From IMG/VR virus record IMGVR_UViG_3300000062_000468: a stretch of DNA of 64,000 nt; one strand, 5' to 3'. Origin of the DNA: a virus. Under the pieces are notes generated by a model. That model was given only the letters and a program-made list of their open reading frames with translations. It had not been told where the DNA came from and did not search any database. The translations under genes and the position numbers were made by a program. Positions 1-9,484 of this stretch are shown piece by piece (position 1 is the first letter of the stretch; every line of letters starts with the position of its first letter).

Positions 1-872
1 TCCCCGTACCAAACCGTCTGCATTTCAATTTCCCATGAAAGTGCATTGAAGTCGGCTTCAGACATTTCATCAGCGACCTGGTCTTTTGAAAGTAAACCTT
101 CTCTAATTGATAGTTGATATGGAAGTCCACAAATAAAATATTTCTTCGATTCATTAACTAAATTTGCCGAGAATGCCTTTGCTTTATCAAAACTCCAATG
201 GCTCTTGAACCAACAACTCGACATATATATTTCTTTATTACGCTCTGCATATTTATCTTTGTTTTTCGAGTATTCTGGTTTTTCAAGAAAAGCTGGTATT
301 CTTTCAGCGCTTAGAAACTTTTTAAGTACGGCGTTAATTACATTTAAATCAACCATTCTAAACTCATCTATAACCATAATATTTGCCCTAGCACCACGGG
401 CATTATCACTTGCAACAACAACTCTTATCCAAGAGCCATTTTTAAAGATTATTTCAGCTCTATTCAAAGATAAAACGCTACTTTCGATTTCTGCTTTCAA
501 GTTTGGGGCTTTAATTAGTATTTCATTCATAATTTTCTCTAATACAATATTTCCCTGATTGCGATTCTTTGAAGCTACGCATATCTTGGTTTCGGGATAT
601 AAGATGCATCGAATAACACAAAAAATTGCCGTCAAATAGGATTTGCCCAACCCCCTCGCAGCAAGAAACATAAAATGTGTACTAATATTCATCATATAAA
701 GCAATATTTTTTGAAATATTTTTAAATTTGAAATATTCAAATAATCTTTTGCAAATCTATGTGGATTTGCACGATAGAAACTAGTCCAAATTGCAACCCC
801 TTCCATGACTCGCCTAGCTTTATCAGCAGCGACCTCATCAGCAGACATTTTTTTACTGTCTTTAGTTGCCAT
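1..872 (-). CDS. terL: Terminase large subunit, N-terminal ATPase part (runs off the window; two apparent indels near the 5' end)
   Basis: Manual translation gives WTSFYRANPHRFAKDYL, Walker A AARGLGKS, Walker B IMVIDE and coupling motif YMSS. Resembles SPbeta YonF-type terminases. The ATG at 872 overlaps the stop of the upstream gene. Frameshifts fall in A-runs. Confidence 0.85.
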   Translation of the reverse strand, partial: MATKDSKKMSADEVAADKARRVMEGVAIWTSFYRANPHRFAKDYLNISNLKIFQKILLYMMNISTHFMFLAARGLGKSYLTAIFCVIRCILYPETKICVASKNRNQGNIVLEKIMNEILIKAPNLKAEIESSVLSLNRAEIIFKNGSWIRVVVASDNARGARANIMVIDEFRMVDLNVINAVLKKFLSAERIPAFLEKPEYSKNKDKYAERNKEIYMSSCWFKSHWSFDKAKAFSANLVNESKKYFICGLPYQLSIREGLLSKDQVADEMSEADFNALSWEIEMQTVWYG

Positions 873-1830
873 TTGTATCACCACCAAACAATGAGTCGAA
901 TAAAGCCTCTGAATCCTCTTCGTATTCCGGCTTTTCTACAAGATGTTTATTCATTTCTTCATCATACATTCTGCTATATTTGTTATTAATCCCCATCATT
1001 CTACAAAAGTGACCTAAGAAGTAAATATGAATATATCTAACTATTCCATCAACATCTTGCCATTCAGGATCAGGTTCAGGAATCGGTCTTTCTCTTTCCC
1101 ATTTTTGTATCAATGTTCCTATGGTTTGGTCATCCGAGAATGTATTGTCTTTATTTTGTTTTGGTTTTAGGTCACCAGAATCCATTAAGTCTTGCAACGT
1201 TTTTATAACTTTGTCAGTTCCCTTACCATCACGCTTTGACTGTAAGATTTCTAATTCTGCTAAACATATCTGTTTAAACAAAACCTCTTGAGCTTTAGTG
1301 CTACATTCATGCCTAGTAGTCCAATCATCATATTGGTCTTGCAGCCATTGATACTCAGCATCAGTGAACCCGAATCCGAAAAACTTAACAGTTTTTTGCT
1401 TAGTCTTTGTCGTTTTATCAACAACATCAGACAGCGAATTTATCATATTTTCATTGTCACGTTCCTCAATAAGATTATCCTCAAAAGTTTTACCCTTACA
1501 TTGACTAAGATTTAAACTTTTTATATATTCCATAATCTTTGATTTGGTGGCTGGCACATTTACAAGATCATTAACGGAAGAAATATCGTAGTAACAACCT
1601 AAAATTTCACACATTCTACGAACAGCCTTGTTCATATTTCCATCATATAAATTCAAGTATTCGTCAAATAATTCGTTTACACACTTCTTACAGAATGGAG
1701 TATAATTATCATTTGATTTAAACAAGCTACTTTTCGATTTTGAAAAATTATTAACTTGTCTTGTAAATCTAGCACCACATCTATAACAATAGTAAGGTTT
1801 CTTTTGTTCTAATATGTCTATATAAATCAC
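862..1830 (-). CDS. Zinc-finger protein directly upstream of terL (YonG-like; possible small terminase subunit)
   Basis: N-terminal CYRC...CKKC motif, helical C-terminus, and translational coupling to terL. Confidence 0.5.
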   Translation of the reverse strand: MIYIDILEQKKPYYCYRCGARFTRQVNNFSKSKSSLFKSNDNYTPFCKKCVNELFDEYLNLYDGNMNKAVRRMCEILGCYYDISSVNDLVNVPATKSKIMEYIKSLNLSQCKGKTFEDNLIEERDNENMINSLSDVVDKTTKTKQKTVKFFGFGFTDAEYQWLQDQYDDWTTRHECSTKAQEVLFKQICLAELEILQSKRDGKGTDKVIKTLQDLMDSGDLKPKQNKDNTFSDDQTIGTLIQKWERERPIPEPDPEWQDVDGIVRYIHIYFLGHFCRMMGINNKYSRMYDEEMNKHLVEKPEYEEDSEALFDSLFGGDTNGN

Positions 1831-1881
1831 TTCCTCCCGTTCATTCTTAAACCAAACAGAAGCACCGTTTTACAGGTGCTT

Positions 1882-2913
1882 CTATAGGTCGCTTAATGTT
1901 GTTTGTTTTATATCTTTTATACCGTCTTCGTTGAAATATTTACCTATTTCATCATCAGCGTCTATATCCTTATAGACTTTCACCATTTCCAAACTATCCC
2001 AACCAATAATTGATTGAATTACACCATCGGGCAGATTACACTTTGCTAAACTAGTAGTAAAATAGTGCCTTAAACTGTGCCAATAAAACGGAACATCTAA
2101 TATTCTGCTAAATGTGTCAGCCCAACTATCTAAAGTTGTTATCTTCATCGGTTCATTAAAATTTTGCTTATTTGGAAATAACCATTCACTATTAATTTCA
2201 TTTTCTTTTCTATACTCCAGCCATTTATCTAAGTATGGTTGAAAATCTTTCATCAACACATAGGCGTGTAGCATTTTCCCACGCTTACCACGACCTTTAG
2301 TTTTGATTTTCTCAGGAGTTTTGTAGAACGAACCGAATACTATATTTTCTTCAGTGAGATATGATGTTTTGAATTGTGGTAATTCTGCTTTTCGCCTACC
2401 TGAATTAGCAGCGAGAGACAGCATGCAAGCTTTGTCGTATTGTTTCTTCTTTGTTAGCTCTCTTAGTAGCAATTCTATTTGTTCATCTTCGAGAATGGTT
2501 TTCTCACGAATATCTATTTTAGCCGGAGATTCGATTTTTGAAACTATATTCCTATAACCTTTAAATTCGGGTTCTTCATCTAAAATGTTTTCTATATAAT
2601 TGGAAAGAGAGCTGAGAGTAGCTTTTACTCTACGAATCCTATTTGGACTCCATTCCCAAGTGTTTAAAGCATAACTTTGAAATCTTGCGAATTCACGTTT
2701 AGTTATTTCTACAAATGATTTATTCTCATTACTATCTAAATTCCAGCAAAAGAAAATATCTAAGTCATTATCATAACTACGGATAGTGGTTTCTGCTCTG
2801 TCTATAGAAATAAGATAGTCTATGTAATCTTGTTTTAATGTAGAATTCTTCTTGTTGATTTTTGCAATTTTGTGTTCGTCTGTGATGTTATTCTTAATTG
2901 TTTTTCTTCCCAT
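1882..2913 (-). CDS. Tyrosine recombinase/integrase
   Basis: SAM-like N-domain (TIRSY), catalytic R (SGRRKAEL), HSLRH, W in IIGW, and Y in VKVYKD. Confidence 0.9.
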   Translation of the reverse strand: MGRKTIKNNITDEHKIAKINKKNSTLKQDYIDYLISIDRAETTIRSYDNDLDIFFCWNLDSNENKSFVEITKREFARFQSYALNTWEWSPNRIRRVKATLSSLSNYIENILDEEPEFKGYRNIVSKIESPAKIDIREKTILEDEQIELLLRELTKKKQYDKACMLSLAANSGRRKAELPQFKTSYLTEENIVFGSFYKTPEKIKTKGRGKRGKMLHAYVLMKDFQPYLDKWLEYRKENEINSEWLFPNKQNFNEPMKITTLDSWADTFSRILDVPFYWHSLRHYFTTSLAKCNLPDGVIQSIIGWDSLEMVKVYKDIDADDEIGKYFNEDGIKDIKQTTLSDL

Positions 2914-2956
2914 TACACATACCTACCTTTCTTGTTTTGAAATTTATTGTTGCGAA

Positions 2957-3030
2957 TTGCGGGAGTGAGATTTGAACTCACGACCTTCAGCTTATGAGGC
3001 TGACGAGCTACCAGACTGCTCTATCCCGCA
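2957..3030 (-). tRNA. tRNA-Met(CAT) with an initiator-like body but atypical identity elements
   Basis: Cloverleaf TGCGGGA..AGCAGTCTGGTAGCT..TCAGC-CTCATAA-GCTGA..GTGAG-TTCAAAT-CTCAC..TCCCGCA-A. No encoded CCA. Confidence 0.9.
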
Positions 3031-3035
3031 CTAAA

Positions 3036-3108
3036 TTGGAAGTGACAGATTTGAACTGCCGACGCTAAGATCTTCAATCTTACGCTCTACCAATTGAGCT
3101 AACTTCCA
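3036..3108 (-). tRNA. tRNA-Phe(GAA)
   Basis: Anticodon arm TAAGA-TTGAAGA-TCTTA and T-loop TTCAAAT. No CCA. Confidence 0.9.
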
Positions 3109-3117
3109 TTAAGTATA

Positions 3118-3190
3118 TGGGCTATTAAGGGCTTGAACTTTAGACTTACCAGTTAAAAGCTGGCTACTCTACCAACTGAGTTAATAGCCC
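3118..3190 (-). tRNA. tRNA-Lys(TTT)
   Basis: Acceptor GGGCTAT/ATAGCCC and anticodon arm GCCAG-CTTTTAA-CTGGT. No CCA. Confidence 0.85.
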
Positions 3191-3195
3191 AAAAC

Positions 3196-3253
3196 TGACT
3201 AGATTGGAATTGAACCAACGACTTCTCGGTTATACCAACTGAACTACTAGTCA
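3196..3253 (-). pseudogene. Internally deleted tRNA (Asn-like remnant)
   Basis: Acceptor stem and T-arm (GTTGG-TTCAATT-CCAAT) are intact. About 15 nt from the 3' D-arm through the anticodon are missing, leaving TAACCGAG. Confidence 0.65.
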
Positions 3254-3311
3254 AAAATAGAATGCCGTCGTAACGCCATCCTACAAAACGGTAAATCGTT
3301 CATTAATTTCA

Positions 3312-3394
3312 TGAGAGGGGATGGAGTCGAACCACCCGAATCCGAAGATGACTGAGTTACAATCAGCGCCGCTACCCCTACGGTATACCCTCCC
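3312..3394 (-). tRNA. tRNA-Tyr(GTA)
   Basis: Anticodon arm CTGA-TTGTAAC-TCAG, long variable arm, T-loop TTCGACT. No CCA. Confidence 0.9.
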
Positions 3395-3395
3395 A

Positions 3396-3425
3396 AAATA
3401 AAAGAGGGTAGTATTAACCACCCTC
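3396..3425 (-). terminator. Intrinsic terminator after the holin gene
   Basis: Minus strand GAGGGTGG-TTAATA-CTACCCTC followed by TTTTATTTT. Confidence 0.65.
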
Positions 3426-3437
3426 AGTTCATATTAA

Positions 3438-3719
3438 TTATTCTATTTCAGTATTCTTATGACCATTAATTATCTGTGTAAATGCCTGATGTAATCCAGT
3501 TGAAGCCAATCCAGTAACAGCACCAGCCACAATATCTTGTAACGAAACTCCGCCAACATTAATACAAGCCAGAACAGCACCAATTACAGCAAGAATAGTT
3601 GGAATATACTCATCGGCAACCACATCTAACCATTTGATGTTTTTAATACAAAAGCCAATAACTAAACAAGCCACTAATACTAGTGGTACATAATAATCCG
3701 TTAAAAAACTTAAATCCAT
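3438..3719 (-). CDS. Phage holin
   Basis: 93 aa with three hydrophobic segments and the GLASTGLHQ motif typical of Firmicutes phage holins. Confidence 0.8.
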   Translation of the reverse strand: MDLSFLTDYYVPLVLVACLVIGFCIKNIKWLDVVADEYIPTILAVIGAVLACINVGGVSLQDIVAGAVTGLASTGLHQAFTQIINGHKNTEIE

Positions 3720-3736
3720 AATTTAATCCTCCTATA

Positions 3737-4249
3737 CTATACCAAGTCGCCAAATGCTTTGAATATTTTGGCTAATCCACCATCTACGTCTAATATATCA
3801 ATCAACTCTTCAAGACTAATAGAACCTTCTTCTAAACAAGCACATCCATTACAATTACATTCTTCGTCACAATCATCATCTAAAACTAGAACATCATAAT
3901 TACTACAAGATTGTGCAATCAACCATTTACTAGGAACGTCTTCGTCAATCAACATATAATCAGCACAACAGTCTAAATAATTACCGACACCAGAACAAAT
4001 TGACTCAATGGCAATATCACCGTATCCAATACTTACTTCGTAGAATAAATCTTCATCATCTGGATTTACCTTCGCTAATAATACATCCATGTCATAATCT
4101 TCAACTAAGATACTAAAACATTTCAATGCCTCTTCTCTGCGTAGAATAACTACAACACGGCTATCTTCGTCATATTCCTCGCTAATATCTAACATATATT
4201 CGACGACATCTTCTACAGAATTAACTTCTATTAAATAATCATTTTTCAT
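3737..4249 (-). CDS. Acidic hypothetical protein
   Basis: 170-aa ORF with GGAGG RBS, co-oriented with its neighbours. Confidence 0.7.
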   Translation of the reverse strand: MKNDYLIEVNSVEDVVEYMLDISEEYDEDSRVVVILRREEALKCFSILVEDYDMDVLLAKVNPDDEDLFYEVSIGYGDIAIESICSGVGNYLDCCADYMLIDEDVPSKWLIAQSCSNYDVLVLDDDCDEECNCNGCACLEEGSISLEELIDILDVDGGLAKIFKAFGDLV

Positions 4250-4264
4250 TTTTATTTCCTCCGT

Positions 4265-5485
4265 TTATTCAAGGTCTATTGGATATGCTCCAACAATTCC
4301 GTTTTTATTAATTACACATGCCAATTGTGCAGCTTTTCCAGATAATCTTTTTTCAATGGTGTAATCACAACCACTTCCACTCAAGCAACCACCTCGCAGC
4401 ATCTTAATACCATTCGCATCATCCAATGCCGGAGTATGCATATGAGCAAATGTCACTCCATATGGAAACATTTTCAACATACTACATAATTTAAGAACAC
4501 CTTGAGTCGTAAATGGGTCGTAATCTCCGTGGACATTAAGAAAATCTAAACCTCGTATTGTCATCTTAGAAATACCGACATCGATATTATTTTCAATAAA
4601 TGTGAAGTTTTTGGTGTATTTGAGCGTTTTTTTCACAAAACGTCCTATCAAATTATCAAGACGCTCATCTTTTAACGCTTCATCCTTTTTTGTCATGCGA
4701 CTATGGTTGCCAGAAACATCAGTCACATATACATGTGTAAAATGTTTGCACAATTCATAACAAAAAGATGAGATATATTCTACGGCAAGTTCGATTTGGT
4801 CAATGACATTTTCTCTGTTCGCAACTTGAATTGTTTTGTGAATATTGCCCGATATTAAATCACCTGAAATAGATATATAACAATTTTCGGAATTGTGTAA
4901 TCTAGCAAGCTGTAAAATAGAAGATAGGTATTTATCCAATCGTTCTTTTGCTATATCTGAGTTATATTCTCCAAAAGGTGACGAGAAACATTGCCCTAAA
5001 TGCAAGTCTGACAATATAACCATCATGTCGTTATCAGAAGTAATACAAGGAGCATCCTTTAGTTCAAACTCAACTTTACCGAACGCCTCCATGCGTTCTT
5101 CTAAATAGTCCAATTTTTCTTGAACTCTTGAATCAATGAAATTTTGTTTTTGCCATGCGTTACGCTGATCCCTAAATTGAATTTTTGCTCGTTCTAATTC
5201 ACGGATTTTAATATCTAATTCTTTTTCTCTATTAGATGCACTTGCTAAATCAAAAACTCCTTCATCATAAAAACAGTTTGCATATTGAACTTTTTTTCGC
5301 AATGCAGACTCGTCTACATATTTCGGATTTTCTTCATCTTTAAAAAATTCACGATTAATAATATCAATACAATCACTCCAATGTGGTAATTGTTTACTTT
5401 CTATCTTCTTTCCGATGCGCCATAAGTAATGATATTTTTTTTCGTCAGGCTTTCGGATTAATTCGTTTAAATTATATGTACTAAT
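4265..5485 (-). CDS. Calcineurin-like metallophosphoesterase with N-terminal coiled coil; probable ATT start at 5485
   Basis: Motifs SDLHLG, GDLI, GNH, HGD and HMH. The frame stays open for 61 codons upstream of the annotated TTG (5302), up to an ATT preceded by AAAGGGTGA. Confidence 0.8.
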   Translation of the reverse strand: MSTYNLNELIRKPDEKKYHYLWRIGKKIESKQLPHWSDCIDIINREFFKDEENPKYVDESALRKKVQYANCFYDEGVFDLASASNREKELDIKIRELERAKIQFRDQRNAWQKQNFIDSRVQEKLDYLEERMEAFGKVEFELKDAPCITSDNDMMVILSDLHLGQCFSSPFGEYNSDIAKERLDKYLSSILQLARLHNSENCYISISGDLISGNIHKTIQVANRENVIDQIELAVEYISSFCYELCKHFTHVYVTDVSGNHSRMTKKDEALKDERLDNLIGRFVKKTLKYTKNFTFIENNIDVGISKMTIRGLDFLNVHGDYDPFTTQGVLKLCSMLKMFPYGVTFAHMHTPALDDANGIKMLRGGCLSGSGCDYTIEKRLSGKAAQLACVINKNGIVGAYPIDLE

Positions 5486-5499
5486 AAGAAATCACCCCT

Positions 5500-5703
5500 T
5501 TATCCTAATTCTTGTTCGGTATCTTGTTCGAGAACAAGTTCCTCATCATCTTTAAGTTTCAGTTGAAGCTCTACGAACTCATCAGCGAATTCATTTAGCG
5601 AATCATCAATATTAATTGATTCACCTTCAGCATCTAATAACCCTGCCGCCTTGAGAGTAGTAGTGGTAGATTTCTTATAACTCATAGCATTTTTAGCCAT
5701 CAT
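5500..5703 (-). CDS. Small acidic protein, YonK-like
   Basis: GGAGG RBS before ATG ATG GCT. Size, sequence start (MAKNAMSYKK) and position resemble SPbeta yonK. Confidence 0.5.
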   Translation of the reverse strand: MMAKNAMSYKKSTTTTLKAAGLLDAEGESINIDDSLNEFADEFVELQLKLKDDEELVLEQDTEQELG

Positions 5704-5871
5704 TAATTTCCTCCGTTTATTCTTAATATTCGTGTTTTCGTGCAAAATGCACTATATAAAATATTTAATGTCGTGAAAAATTTGTGAAAATTTCCAATAT
5801 ACTATTTTTAAAATGTAAGATATACTGTAGTTAGTGAATTTTTAAATATTTTTAGTGTGATAAAACAAACA

Positions 5872-6039
5872 TTATAAAGTTTTTGCTTTATCAGCATAAT
5901 AATCTTCAATGTATCGCCTGTTTACTGTTTTTGTAAAACCAATATGATTTCCATTTTTAGTCATGAAGCCATTATGGTTTTGCATTATAAATTCATTATC
6001 TAATAACTTTTTAACTTCGTATTTTGTTATCTGTTTGAT
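5872..6039 (-). CDS. 55-aa hypothetical protein with probable ATC start
   Basis: AAGGAG lies 8 nt before ATC AAA CAG; the frame is open to the TAA at 5872. Not in the ORF track. Confidence 0.45.
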   Translation of the reverse strand: MKQITKYEVKKLLDNEFIMQNHNGFMTKNGNHIGFTKTVNRRYIEDYYADKAKTL

Positions 6040-6358
6040 AGTAAGAACTCCTTTTATCTATTTATTTGATAGAGGGTGTCTGGTTATTAAAAAGTCAATT
6101 TTAATAACCAGTACCATACCATTAGTTTACAAAAACACCCATTCCAAAGGGTTACATCAGAAACATCAACATCATAACAATGTATCGTCAAAGAGAGGTT
6201 ATTGGAATAACCGACAAGTCGGCATATTAAAACTTAGACTAATTATGAAAAAGTGTCACCTTATTCATGTATAGTTTTTTGTGCGCCTCACGATGACTAA
6301 TCGTTGCTACACTCAGGATGAAAATGATTACTGAGAGAATCGAACTCTCAGTTACCAA

Positions 6359-6430
6359 GGTGACTAACGGGATTTGAACCCGTGATATCAGAACCACAAT
6401 CTGAAGGTTTACCAACTAACCTATAGTCAC
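6359..6430 (-). tRNA. tRNA-His(GTG)
   Basis: Acceptor GTGACTA/TAGTCAC, C73, anticodon arm TCAGA-TTGTGGT-TCTGA. Position -1 is T rather than G. No CCA. Confidence 0.85.
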
Positions 6431-6432
6431 AG

Positions 6433-6505
6433 TGACTGATGGGAGACTTGAACTCACCATTATATCCTTGAAAGAGATATGTGCTTGCCTTTACACTAAT
6501 CAGCC
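6433..6505 (-). tRNA. tRNA-Glu(TTC)
   Basis: Anticodon arm TATCT-CTTTCAA-GGATA. One T-stem mismatch. No CCA. Confidence 0.8.
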
Positions 6506-6519
6506 GATATTTAATATTG

Positions 6520-6930
6520 TAACCATAACAGCTACGTACAAACTCAACGCCATATGTTTAGAGCGATGAAAATAACTCGTAGATTTCATCGAATTTTATT
6601 TATTGTATTTTAAACTTTAATATCAGCTTTCGGCTGAGAAAGAAGTTTGAAATTTAAAAACTGATTTTTGAACGCTAAACTTTGAACTCTATATCCTTTA
6701 TTTGCATCATCATGTGCAATCGTATTATGTAGGAGAAACGTGTATTCAATCAAGATACACATTTCACGTACTAATATTTACCATTCTTGGTCTATTAGAA
6801 TTTTGGCTTAACACCAGCTTTTATTCATCAATTAACCCATTGATGAGAGGGAAACATGTTGAGAGTTTTCGTTATGGTCACAAAAAGCCCCTACGACTAG
6901 TAATCTAAGCGCAAGGGCAGTAGAGTATTT
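6520..6930 (-). ncRNA. Candidate structured RNA between the coiled-coil gene and tRNA-Glu
   Basis: No credible minus-strand ORF. Successive hairpins: TCATCAAT/ATTGATGA, GTGTAT/ATACAC, TTGCA/TGCAA, TCAGC-CGAAA-GCTGA, GATGAAA/TTTCATC. Confidence 0.35.
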
Positions 6931-6937
6931 CTATATT

Positions 6938-7567
6938 TTACAATTCTACATCAATGAATGTTGTCGCATTTGATAATGTAAGAGCAGTATCAACATTAGC
7001 TAAGAAACCTTGGGTTGCGTCATACATTGCCGCAATTTCCTTATCAGCATCGAAACCGGAAACGATTTCTTTCTTACCTTTTTCCTTGATACCAATTAAA
7101 ACGTCAAGCTCTTCTTTACTCAAAACTTTTGTGTCATCTTTCTTGTTATTATCTGATAGAGAACGGATTTCATCATCTACATTACTATTGTAAGCGTTGA
7201 CTTGTTTCTGCGCACATTCATTTTGCTGTTGAATAATAAGTAGTAAATCTTCATCATATTCAATACTAGTCTTACGTTCAATAGCTTCGGCAACAGTCAT
7301 AGTTTTATCATCAATAGTAACTTCTGTTTCTGCATTTGATTTAACAATAGCAGACTTCATTTTGTTACGATTTTCAATCAAATCTAATACCGATTGAAGC
7401 GCAGCCTGACTATCTTTCTTAAATTCTTCTTTATCCTTAGTTCCGACCTTTTGTTTATCGCCGATTTGACCAAAGCTTACAAAGTTTGCTTTTGTAGCCT
7501 TTTCAATTTTCTTATCGTATAGTTTTAATTCGTTTAATGCTTGGGTAATTGTGATTTTGTTTGTCAT
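6938..7567 (-). CDS. Helical/coiled-coil protein, possibly distantly DIP1984-like
   Basis: 209 aa with ITQALNELK, MTVAEAI and a C-terminal SNATT. GGAGG RBS. Confidence 0.6.
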   Translation of the reverse strand: MTNKITITQALNELKLYDKKIEKATKANFVSFGQIGDKQKVGTKDKEEFKKDSQAALQSVLDLIENRNKMKSAIVKSNAETEVTIDDKTMTVAEAIERKTSIEYDEDLLLIIQQQNECAQKQVNAYNSNVDDEIRSLSDNNKKDDTKVLSKEELDVLIGIKEKGKKEIVSGFDADKEIAAMYDATQGFLANVDTALTLSNATTFIDVEL

Positions 7568-7599
7568 AATATTTCCTCCGTTTATTCTGATTATTTGTT

Positions 7600-8160
7600 G
7601 TAGTTACAAATAGAAGAGTGCCTACCCACTCACAACTCCAAGATACTAAACGCTTCAGTCCTCTTCGGACAAAGTGATAGGATTTGTTTTATTCGTCACG
7701 GATGCGACACGAATTTCACTTGAAGGATGTCCTCTCCGGACTAGAATGACAATCGTTCACGATTATTTTTTATACAGGGGAGTGCCCAGTTCGGTCATTA
7801 CGAATCTCTCAGCAAGTGAGCCTGTTATAATACTAGATTTAACATTTCTCACTTATACGGCTGAGATACACCAGAGTATTACTTACTTGTGGATGATATT
7901 CTACATTTACGTCCCGTCATCCACGGAGACTATTTGTATCAACAATGTTTATGGGCACATTGTGAAGCCTGATTTTTCGATTTGTCTCTCGATTGTAAGA
8001 TAAGATACTGTTGGGTCAATATTCTAACCAACTTGAAGACCTCCACCTGCATTTGGTATCACTCACACAAGCTTCATCAGCCGAAAATTTCTACGGACTT
8101 CGTAAAGACAGTAGAATGTGTCTTCTATGCTTTGTTCAGCAAACAGCCAATGATTTTTCT
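7600..8160 (-). ncRNA. Candidate large structured ncRNA (ROOL/GOLLD size class)
   Basis: About 560 nt with no minus-strand ORF, raised GC and many nested stems (7889-7896/7917-7924; 7808-7820/7848-7865; 7751-7764; 7658-7670). Confidence 0.5.
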
Positions 8161-8368
8161 CTTTGTATATTCAATCTTCTTAATTTGTCGTTGTTCGCCT
8201 AGAAAAGAAGTTTTTCTTTCCATAGTAGGCGAATTTGCCAAAATCGCTGTAAACCGCATGGTTACTGGGTTTGTGAGGGTTTTGGAGGAAATTGGCGTTT
8301 TTCAAAAACCGCCTCAAACCCTTGTGGTTTCTAGGTTTGTGCATGGTTCAAACCTCAAATGAACTCGT

Positions 8369-9484
8369 CTACTTTTCTTTGATATTCTTGTTTTTACGCT
8401 TCCATTCACGCTTCTTCTTTTTTTCGTTTTCTATGTAACATTCAGCACATCTAATACGTCTTGACGATGGCTCTATTTCAACCTCACAACCACAATCTAC
8501 ACATTTGATTATCTTGGTTTCAATCTCTTGATATCCGCTACACTTCTTACAATACTTTTGATCGGATTTTATTGGCGTGTATTTCTTACCACAATGAAAG
8601 CATATCTTTTTATCACTTGGAATATTAGTTTTGATATTTTTTAGTATCATTTCCCCAAAGCATTGCCATAATAATTCCTTGTGCGGCGTTTTCTTTTTAA
8701 ATAAATGTTGAACGAGCGTATTACAAATGTCATCATCAGAATATTGCATTTCGACAAACTGCTTTTTAATATCACTCATAATAGCAGAAACGTTTTCCAT
8801 ATTTTTTTGATTAATTTTAAAATGATAATTCTTATTAATCTTATTATACGCATCAATTATCTTTTTTTGAGCAGTAGATGACGGTAGTGGTTTTTCGCTC
8901 ATCAATTTTCTATAGTTAAATAGTCCATACTTACTGTTATCAAATTTCAATTGACGAGACACAATTGCTTTTTCCAGCCTATCCACCAAACTACCACAAT
9001 TCCTTTCCACTTGAGACTTCTTATCGTCCTTTTTGTCTTCGTGTTTATTTTTTGCATATTTAAAAAAATGAGGCAACTTATGTTTGGTGTATACATTAAC
9101 ATTATCATTGATATTATCTGGTCGTGCAATAGTATATAAGGTTTTTGCCATATCTATACAAAAGTTATTTTCCATACAAAGAACCTTAATTGTATCAAGC
9201 GCCTTCCTTTTATCCTTTTCACTTGCATTTTCCCAATCTACAAAATTCCAAATTTTTGAAATTGCATTACTATAATAACCAATATTCCCACCAGTATATG
9301 CAGCATTTAATCCTTTATAGATTGACTCTGGATTTAATTCTACAGACCTAGCCTTTTTCATTTCATAGTAGAGTGGTAATATATTTTTTTTATCATTATT
9401 ATTTTTACTACCATTATTCATATTGCGTTCTGCCATTTCTACAAAAGTCTTGTCAGCAACAACTAGACTTTTGTCTCCGTCAAC
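8369..9484 (-). CDS. yonO: YonO-like single-subunit RNA polymerase, exon 2
   Basis: Begins GTT GAC GGA GAC (VDGD), completing the catalytic motif QFD|VDGD. Has a C-terminal CxxC zinc ribbon. Confidence 0.85.
   Translation of the reverse strand, partial: VDGDKSLVVADKTFVEMAERNMNNGSKNNNDKKNILPLYYEMKKARSVELNPESIYKGLNAAYTGGNIGYYSNAISKIWNFVDWENASEKDKRKALDTIKVLCMENNFCIDMAKTLYTIARPDNINDNVNVYTKHKLPHFFKYAKNKHEDKKDDKKSQVERNCGSLVDRLEKAIVSRQLKFDNSKYGLFNYRKLMSEKPLPSSTAQKKIIDAYNKINKNYHFKINQKNMENVSAIMSDIKKQFVEMQYSDDDICNTLVQHLFKKKTPHKELLWQCFGEMILKNIKTNIPSDKKICFHCGKKYTPIKSDQKYCKKCSGYQEIETKIIKCVDCGCEVEIEPSSRRIRCAECYIENEKKKKREWKRKNKNIKEK

Noticed and set aside
3438-3719. A complete lysis cassette at the holin
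   Set aside because: No endolysin or spanin-like gene is recognisable nearby, so only the holin is supported.
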